Source of the DNA: Myxococcota bacterium
Lineage (GTDB): Bacteria > Myxococcota > XYA12-FULL-58-9 > JALHOP01
Direction of reading: 5' to 3'
NCBI GenBank assembly: GCA_041288095.1
Contig: JBGGMJ010000049.1
Location: 1 to 12,643, forward strand
DNA length: 12,643 nt
A program made the position numbers and the translations under genes. The notes under the pieces were generated by a model. It was given only the letters and a program-made list of their open reading frames with translations, had not been told where the DNA came from and did not search any database. Positions 6,869 through 12,643 of this stretch are shown here, in pieces (within the stretch, counting starts at the first letter, position 1; every line of letters begins with the position of its first letter).

Positions 6869-7366
6869 ATGCCGCGCACCACAGCGTCGTCCGTTGGTCT
6901 CATCGTGCTGGTTCCCGGGCTCGCTTCGGCAAAGGGCGTCAGCATCACCCTCGACGAGCTCTACAAACACGCGGAAGCCGTCGTCATCGGCGAGGTGGCC
7001 GGAGTGGTCATCGTCGACGGGCACCGTTACGCCGACATCCAGGTCGAGCAGATCCTGAAGGGCGAGGTCGAACCGACGGTGCGGGTCATCGCCGAGTCGA
7101 CTTGGCGTTGTGACGTGAGCAACGCGGTGCAAGCGGGAGCGCGGGTCGTCCTCTTCTTGGGCAAGCGTGACCCCAAGTACTTGGGCGCGCATGCCATCGA
7201 GCACGCGGGGCGCGGCTATTTTCCCTTCGTGGGGCGCGAGCACGTGCGACTGATGAGCAAGGACGTGGAGCTTCCATCCGCTATCGCGGACGAAGTTACC
7301 CGTCGCGACCGGAAGGCTCTCCTCACCACCGACGTGTTCGTGCGCTACCTATCGACGCTAGACTAG
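6869..7366 (+). CDS. Small secreted hypothetical protein, paralog copy 2 (possible OB/TIMP-NTR-like fold)
   Basis: ATG at 6869 with GGAGG upstream; signal-like MPRTTASSVGLIVLVPGLASA|K; 165 aa; paralog of 5551-6045. Confidence 0.82.
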   Translation: MPRTTASSVGLIVLVPGLASAKGVSITLDELYKHAEAVVIGEVAGVVIVDGHRYADIQVEQILKGEVEPTVRVIAESTWRCDVSNAVQAGARVVLFLGKRDPKYLGAHAIEHAGRGYFPFVGREHVRLMSKDVELPSAIADEVTRRDRKALLTTDVFVRYLSTLD

Positions 7367-7812
7367 CGTTCGCCGGTGCCGTCCTCGGCCATCGCGTCGA
7401 CCCAGCCCTCGATGCGCTGGCTGAGGCGCTCGAGCTGGTCGTCGGAGAGCCGGCGCAGGGCGTTGACGATGCGGTGCTCCGCGGCCGAGAGGCGCGTCGT
7501 GTACATCTCGTATTCGGCGGTCTCGACTTCACCGACTTCGTTGCGGTGGTAGCTGATGATCGATTCGCGGAGCCATTCGGGCGCGCGCTGCGCGTACGCC
7601 AAGCGTTGGACGTATTCGATGTCCGCGATGGCGAAGATCTGACAGAGCTTCGTCGCCACCTCCGCCGACGGCTGCGACAAGCGCAGCTCCCATTGACCGA
7701 TGTAGCCCGGTGAAACGTGCAGGGCTTTGGCCATGGCGCGCTGGCTCATGCGGTGCTTGCGCCGGATGGCTTTCACCAAATCGGAGAAGCGTTGATACGT
7801 GCGCGGATCCAT
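7363..7812 (-). CDS. XRE/Cro-C1 family helix-turn-helix transcriptional regulator
   Basis: FSDLVKAIRRKHRMSQRAMAKALHVSPGYIGQWELRLSQPSAEVATKLCQIF is an HTH_3 pattern; C-terminal AEHRIVNALRRLSDDQLERL helix is common in XRE proteins. Start ATG 7812 or GTG 7815, with GGGAG upstream. Confidence 0.9.
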   Translation of the reverse strand: MDPRTYQRFSDLVKAIRRKHRMSQRAMAKALHVSPGYIGQWELRLSQPSAEVATKLCQIFAIADIEYVQRLAYAQRAPEWLRESIISYHRNEVGEVETAEYEMYTTRLSAAEHRIVNALRRLSDDQLERLSQRIEGWVDAMAEDGTGER

Positions 7813-7862
7813 CACTTTTGGACACTCCCCGGGGGGGTCCGCGCCTCGGGCGCGGTAGTCGT

Positions 7863-7890
7863 AGCTTAATACTTCGTGTGCAAAAGTAAA
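7863..7890 (-). promoter_or_regulatory. Possible sigma70 promoter for the XRE gene
   Basis: Minus strand TTTACT (7890-7885), 16-bp spacer, TAAGCT (7868-7863) in an AT-rich intergenic patch; palindrome GTAATTAC at 7906-7913 upstream. Confidence 0.45.
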
Positions 7891-7931
7891 GCCTCCCAAA
7901 CCCGAGTAATTACAAAGAGTTCGGTGCGATC

Positions 7932-10535
7932 TCAGCGACGGCCGCGAGGTCCTCGGCCTCCGGGGCGGCCGCTCGGACGGCCACCGGTCGCGCGTTTGTT
8001 GCGGCGCGGAGGACGGCCGTCGGCCGGCGCGCTGTCGCTCTTACGCCCCGGTTTCTGACCGGCGCGGCTGGCGTAGGGATCACTCACGTCGGTCATGCCC
8101 GGGCGCTCGGGGCGCGGACGCTCGCGCTCACCGCCGCGCTGACCGATGCGCTCCCGCATCTCTTCCCAGCGCTTCGGACGCACGGGCTCGGACGGCGGCG
8201 ATAGGAATTGCTCCTCCCATGAACGCGGCCGCGCCGCCTGCTCGCCCGGCGGGCGCTGCTGCACAGGCGGTCGTTGCTCGGGCGGCCGTTGCTCGGCGGG
8301 GCGTTGCTGTGGCGGCCGCGGGCGCTGTTCGCTGCGCGTCTCCTCGCGGACGCGACGCAGCGAATCCGAGTGCCGCTCCTGACGCTCCGGAGCTGCCTTC
8401 GGCGCCGGAGGCCGTTTCTGCTCGAAGCGCCCACGCTTGCGCTCACCAGGAGCTTCCTCGGGAGGACGTCGGAGCTTGGCTTTGACCTCGCGCTCTTGGT
8501 CGCGATCACGGCGCCAGCCCATCTGCTTCTTCGAACGGAATGGCTCCTTGCCTTGCTCCGTCATCGCGAAATCGATCTGCCGGCGTTTCATGTTCACGCC
8601 GGTGAGCTGCACTTCCAATCGATCGCCGAGGCCGATCTTGGTCTTGGTGCGCCGCGAGAACAACATTTGATCGTCTTCGACGTACTCGAAGTACCCGCGG
8701 AAGTGGTGCGACAGCGCCTCCATCGGGATGAGGCCGTCGACGAAGAGCTCCACGGGACGCACGAACGCACCCGCGGGGTGCACACCCATGACTTGCGCGG
8801 TCATGTCCTCGCCGACGTGTTTGGTGGCGATCTGACAGGCCATGAGCTGCGTGACACCACGCTCGGCTTCCATCGCCTTGCGCTCTTGCTGCGAGCAGTG
8901 GGTGCCGAGACCTTCGAGATTCTGCAGCTTCCCCTGCCCCGCCCACAGCGCCTTCAAGGCCCGGTGCACCACGAGGTCGGGATAGCGGCGGATTGGCGAG
9001 GTGAAGTGGGCGTAGGCCTTCGAGGCGAGACCGTAGTGACCTAAGTTCTCCGGGCCGTAGCGCGCCTGCTGCATCATGCGCAGCACCAGCGACTGCACGA
9101 CGCTCGCGGCCGGATGACTGCGCATCCGCAGGATGAACTTCTGCAGCACCTTCGGGTCGCGAGCCGCGTCGGGATCGAAGTCGATGCCGAGCTTGCCCGC
9201 CCAGCGTACGAGCAGCTCCAGCTTCATTGGGTCGGGTGAGTCGTGGACGCGGAAGAGCGCCGGCCAACTCTTGCCGATCAGATACTCCGCGACCGCCTCA
9301 TTGGCGGCGACCATCAGGTCCTCGATCAGGCGGTGGGCCTCGAGTCGCGGGCGCTGCACGATGTCGGCGGCGGCGCCGTCCGGACCCATCTGGATCCTCG
9401 ACTCCGGGATCTCGAAGTCGATGGCGCCGCGGCGGGTTCGCTGCGCGCGCAGCCAACGCGCCGGGATGACGAGCTTGTGGATGAGGTCGGTCTGCGGGTG
9501 CTTCGGTCCGCTGATGCCGACGTCCTTGGCGTCGAGGACCTCTTGGACGATGTTGTAGGTCAGCCGCGCCGCGCTATCGATGAGCGAAGGGTAGACCTGG
9601 ACGTTGGTCATCGTGCCGTCGGCGTCGACCAAGAACTCAGCCGTCATGGTCAGGCGCGGCAGGTTCGGTCGCAGCGAGCACAGATCGTTCGACAAGCGCT
9701 CGGGTAGCATCGGCAACACGCGGTCGGGAAAATAGACGCTGGTGGCGCGCGCGCGGGCAGCGTCATCGAGCGCGGTGCCTTCGCGGACATAGTGCGAGAC
9801 GTCCGCGATCGACACCCATACGCGATAGCGGTCACCCTCGGGCTTGGCCGAGACGGCGTCGTCGAAGTCACGGGCGTCTTCACCGTCGATGGTGACGTGT
9901 GGCACGCCTCGTAGATCGATGCGCCCATCGACCAAGACGCGCGTTGGATCGACGGGCGGGAACTTCGCGACCTCGGCGTCGACAGCGGCGTCGAACTCCC
10001 GTGGCCACTTGGTGGCCCGCACGGCCATCTCGACCTGCACCTTGGGATCCAGGGGATCACCCAAGACCTGCTCGACGCGCGCGACCGAAGCGCCCTCCGC
10101 TTCGCCTTCGCGGAGAATACGCGCTTCGACGGCGTCGCCATCCTTGGCGTCGCCGAGCTCCTCGGTTGGCACGACCAAAGCGCTCGAACCGTCGTCGGGG
10201 AGCAAGTAGGTGAACCGCGCTTGGCGACGCAACACGCCGACCACGGTGCCGGAGCGGGAAGGCCCGCGCTCGACGATACGGCCGCGCACCCTGCCCTTGC
10301 GGCCGACGCCGAGCTCGACGGTGACCACATCGCCATCGCGGACGCCGACGATTTCTTCGGGCGGCAGGAAGACGCTGGGTGTGCCCCGAACCTCGGCCAG
10401 CAGCTTGGCGCTGCCGTCGCCGTTCATGCGCACGGTGCCGCGGACGCGTTTGAGCGCCGGCTTCTCGGGCTCGCCTCGTCGGCGTTTGGGATGACGTTTA
10501 CTTCGTTGCGGGCCGGAGGGTCGTGCCATAGGCAT
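7932..10535 (-). CDS. rnr: Ribonuclease R (VacB/RNase II family)
   Basis: RNB catalytic motif TIDGEDARDFDDAVS, ATSVYFPDRVLPMLPERLSNDLCSLRP, HYGLASKAYAHFTSPIRRYPDLVVHR; N-terminal cold-shock-like domains, S1 domain, long basic tail. Start ATG 10535 or 10529. Confidence 0.95.
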   Translation of the reverse strand: MPMARPSGPQRSKRHPKRRRGEPEKPALKRVRGTVRMNGDGSAKLLAEVRGTPSVFLPPEEIVGVRDGDVVTVELGVGRKGRVRGRIVERGPSRSGTVVGVLRRQARFTYLLPDDGSSALVVPTEELGDAKDGDAVEARILREGEAEGASVARVEQVLGDPLDPKVQVEMAVRATKWPREFDAAVDAEVAKFPPVDPTRVLVDGRIDLRGVPHVTIDGEDARDFDDAVSAKPEGDRYRVWVSIADVSHYVREGTALDDAARARATSVYFPDRVLPMLPERLSNDLCSLRPNLPRLTMTAEFLVDADGTMTNVQVYPSLIDSAARLTYNIVQEVLDAKDVGISGPKHPQTDLIHKLVIPARWLRAQRTRRGAIDFEIPESRIQMGPDGAAADIVQRPRLEAHRLIEDLMVAANEAVAEYLIGKSWPALFRVHDSPDPMKLELLVRWAGKLGIDFDPDAARDPKVLQKFILRMRSHPAASVVQSLVLRMMQQARYGPENLGHYGLASKAYAHFTSPIRRYPDLVVHRALKALWAGQGKLQNLEGLGTHCSQQERKAMEAERGVTQLMACQIATKHVGEDMTAQVMGVHPAGAFVRPVELFVDGLIPMEALSHHFRGYFEYVEDDQMLFSRRTKTKIGLGDRLEVQLTGVNMKRRQIDFAMTEQGKEPFRSKKQMGWRRDRDQEREVKAKLRRPPEEAPGERKRGRFEQKRPPAPKAAPERQERHSDSLRRVREETRSEQRPRPPQQRPAEQRPPEQRPPVQQRPPGEQAARPRSWEEQFLSPPSEPVRPKRWEEMRERIGQRGGERERPRPERPGMTDVSDPYASRAGQKPGRKSDSAPADGRPPRRNKRATGGRPSGRPGGRGPRGRR
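8251..8330 (-). repeat. Imperfect coding tandem repeat (~15-18 nt units, QRP[PA]x) in the RNase R tail
   Basis: Protein EQRPRPPQQRPAEQRPPEQRPPVQQRPP; plus strand shows CGTTGCT three times at 15-nt spacing. Confidence 0.7.
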
Positions 10536-10539
10536 GTGG

Positions 10540-10569
10540 AATCTAGGTTCGTTCGTGACGTGAAGGCAA
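10540..10569. promoter_or_regulatory. Divergent promoter region of rnr/deacetylase with overlapping -10 hexamers
   Basis: Minus strand TTGCCT (10569-10564), 18 bp, TAGATT (10545-10540). Plus strand TAGGTT (10544-10549) with no good -35. GAAGG SD at 10562-10566 before ATG 10573. Confidence 0.5.
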
Positions 10570-10572
10570 CGT

Positions 10573-12438
10573 ATGTGGATTTGGCGCGATCGTTACAGGG
10601 CCCACAGCCGTCTCGGACGCGAGGTCGGACTATGGTTCCACCCGGACTATTCCGCGCACGAGCTCGACGAAGCGCAGCTCATCCCGAACGTCCAGCTCGA
10701 CCGTAGCGACCGCGTTCTCGACCGCCTTACCGACCGCGGGCTCGTTCGCATGGCCGATGTTCGCATGCCCGCGCTCGCATCCATCGAGGAGCTCGCGTGG
10801 GTTCATGGCCGCGAATACCTCGATGCGAGCGTCACGCCGGAAACGCTGGCGCACATCTTCGGTATTCCCGCGGAGACCGTCGATGTCGACCTCCTGGTGC
10901 AGGCGCAGCGACGCGTCGTCGGCGGCACCATCAGCGCGGCCATGGCCGTCAGCGGCGGTGAGCTTGCCGTCGGCGTCAATCTCGGAGGAGGCCTGCACCA
11001 CGCGAGCCGCAACCAAGGCGCCGGCTTTTGCATCTACAACGACATCGCGGTGGCCATCGCCCGTGTCCGCAGAAGCGGATACAGCGAGCCCATCGCCATC
11101 GTCGACCTCGATTTTCACCAAGGGGACGGCAACCTCGATACCTTCGCCGAGGATCCGACGGTCCTCACCTACTCGCTGCACGGCGCCGCCTGGAAAGAAC
11201 GCGCGGCCGTCGCCAACCTCGACGTGCAGCTGCCGCCACGCGCCGGCGACCGGGAGTATCTCGACAAGCTCAGAGCAACACTCGGCCCCGCGCTCGAGCA
11301 GCATGCTCCCAAGCTCGTCTTCTACGTAGCCGGCACCGATGTGCTCGCTGGCGATACGCTCGGGGACTTCTTGTTGTCGCCGCGCGGCGTGCTCGACCGC
11401 GACATCGCCGTGACCCAGCTAACCAAGAAGCTCGGCGCCGGGCTCGTCGTGACCATGGGCGGCGGCTATAGCGGTGGCGCCTGGCAAGCCACCGCCAACT
11501 TCGTGCGCTGGCTGCTCACCGACGACAAGCGCGCCACGCGCCATCCCGAGCTGCCTATACGGCGCCGCTTCCGTCAGATTTCGCGCGGCCTCGGCGCCGG
11601 CGAGCTCCAGCGTATCGATGACCACGAGCTCACGTTCACCGACGAGGACTTCCAGATCGGCCTGGGTAGGCCCCACCGCTCACACCTCGTGCTCGGCTAC
11701 TACACACGCCAAGGCGTGGAGTTCGCCCTCGAGAGCTTCGGCTTTCTGCCCGAGCTGCGTAAGCGAGGCTTCCACGAGCTGCGCATCGACGGGCTCGACC
11801 GCGAGCCGGCGACCATGCGCATCTTCGGCCGCGCCGAAAAGCGCCCCGAAGAGCTCTTGCTCACCGAGCTGATCGTTCGCAAGGCCACCATCGAGGCGCC
11901 CGCGGGCCTCGAGGGAGCGGCGACCATCGACGCCCTGATGATCGAGTGGCTGCTGCTACAAAATCCGACGCGCACCTTCGCGCCCGGGCGGCCGCGGCTG
12001 CCGGGTCAAAACCACCCCGGTCTAGGGCTCGCGGGTCTCATGCAGGAGATTCTGATTCGCGTGACGGCGCGCCTGCGCCTCGAGGGTCTGCTATCGCGGC
12101 CATCGCATTACCACAACGCCGCGCTCGCTGGTCCGCAGTACCAGTTCCTCGACCCGGTCGTCGAAGGACGCTTTCGCGCCATGCGGCGAGCGCTCGCCCA
12201 CTTGAGCATTCCCGAGGCGACCTCGCTCGTCGAAGCCGGAGACCTTCGCGACAAGAACAGCAACGTCGTGCCCTGGGAACCCGGCGACCAGATTCTGCCG
12301 ACGAGCCCGCGATTAAAGGCGTATTTCGAGTCCACGGCCTTCCAGAAGGCCGCCGCGGCCGCCATGGAGGAGCTCACCGAGGCCGGTTTGTTGGCGGTCG
12401 GCAAGTCAAGTCTTGTCGGCTCGGGTGCACCTAAGTAA
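10573..12438 (+). CDS. Zn-dependent histone deacetylase (HDAC/AcuC) family protein with additional C-terminal domain
   Basis: [64 protein letters not shown]: His-His dyad, Asp/His/Asp Zn ligands and catalytic Tyr all present. About 300 extra C-terminal aa. Confidence 0.93.
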   Translation: MWIWRDRYRAHSRLGREVGLWFHPDYSAHELDEAQLIPNVQLDRSDRVLDRLTDRGLVRMADVRMPALASIEELAWVHGREYLDASVTPETLAHIFGIPAETVDVDLLVQAQRRVVGGTISAAMAVSGGELAVGVNLGGGLHHASRNQGAGFCIYNDIAVAIARVRRSGYSEPIAIVDLDFHQGDGNLDTFAEDPTVLTYSLHGAAWKERAAVANLDVQLPPRAGDREYLDKLRATLGPALEQHAPKLVFYVAGTDVLAGDTLGDFLLSPRGVLDRDIAVTQLTKKLGAGLVVTMGGGYSGGAWQATANFVRWLLTDDKRATRHPELPIRRRFRQISRGLGAGELQRIDDHELTFTDEDFQIGLGRPHRSHLVLGYYTRQGVEFALESFGFLPELRKRGFHELRIDGLDREPATMRIFGRAEKRPEELLLTELIVRKATIEAPAGLEGAATIDALMIEWLLLQNPTRTFAPGRPRLPGQNHPGLGLAGLMQEILIRVTARLRLEGLLSRPSHYHNAALAGPQYQFLDPVVEGRFRAMRRALAHLSIPEATSLVEAGDLRDKNSNVVPWEPGDQILPTSPRLKAYFESTAFQKAAAAAMEELTEAGLLAVGKSSLVGSGAPK

Positions 12439-12452
12439 GACCCTTCGCCGCC

Positions 12453-12643
12453 GTGCTCGACCTCTCCAGGCTCAACCCACCCCAGCGTGAAGCCGTCCTA
12501 CACGAGCAAGGGCCGCTGCTCGTCCTCGCCGGCGCCGGGAGCGGCAAGACGCGCGTCATCATCCATCGCGTCGCCCGTCTCATCGAGCGTGGCGTGCGGC
12601 CGGAGCGCATCCTCGGCGTGACCTTCACGAACAAGGCCGCGAA
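12453..12643 (+). CDS. UvrD/PcrA/Rep superfamily 1 helicase, N-terminal fragment (3'-truncated)
   Basis: Manual translation from GTG 12453: [62 protein letters not shown] (Q motif, Walker A, motif Ia). Missing from the ORF track because there is no stop in the window. Confidence 0.96.
   Translation, partial: MLDLSRLNPPQREAVLHEQGPLLVLAGAGSGKTRVIIHRVARLIERGVRPERILGVTFTNKAA

Larger units (their letters stand above)
5575..7366 (+). repeat. Diverged direct gene duplication (~5575-6045 and ~6888-7366)
   Basis: Shared nucleotide blocks such as GTCCGTTGGTCTCATCGTG, GTCATCGCCGAGTC and GGCAAGCG; both proteins end RYL[AS]TLD-stop; copy 2 has a 3-codon insertion. Confidence 0.9.

Noticed and set aside
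5551..7366. Paralog pair as a diversity-generating retroelement TR/VR pair or an invertible shufflon
   Set aside because: Differences affect all four bases, include many synonymous changes and span the whole gene. The copies are direct rather than inverted, and no reverse transcriptase or recombinase is in the window.
7816..7899. Extended XRE N-terminus (TTG 7899)
   Set aside because: It overlaps the predicted promoter and leader hairpins; the SD sits just before 7815/7812 and the HTH begins right after.
8251..8330. Short repeats as a CRISPR array
   Set aside because: Units are 15-18 nt, contiguous, in-frame coding repeats with no spacers and no cas genes.
42..12438. Many long overlapping alternative-frame ORFs (e.g. 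3994-4662, 6253-7113, 8274-9044, 10630-11304)
   Set aside because: Expected shadows of high-GC codon bias: Arg/Ala/Pro-rich, no domain motifs, overlapping well-supported genes.
12431..12634. 67-aa minus-strand ORF
   Set aside because: Antisense shadow of the helicase N-terminus.

Overview
High-GC bacterial chromosomal window. The short EF-Ts and the style of the secreted proteins suggest a Myxococcota/deltaproteobacterium-like organism (inference). Left to right: a 5'-truncated probable lipoprotein; an A-type Fe-S carrier (IscA/ErpA/HesB) with its own sigma70-like promoter; a predicted outer-membrane beta-barrel protein with a Pro-rich linker; the rpsB-tsf operon with a t44-like structured leader and a strong intrinsic terminator; an accessory cassette where pyrH-frr often lie (two ~59% identical small secreted paralogs flanking an opposite-strand PDZ lipoprotein, each paralog preceded by a CRP/FNR-type TGTGA-N6-TCAC box, then a convergent XRE regulator); RNase R with a long repetitive basic tail, head-to-head (37 bp) with a Zn-dependent HDAC-family deacetylase carrying an extra ~300 aa C-terminal region; and the start of a UvrD/PcrA/Rep helicase. 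No tRNA, rRNA, CRISPR array or transposase was seen. Best leads: the CRP-box paralog/PDZ cassette, and the rnr/deacetylase pair sharing an apparently bidirectional -10 element.
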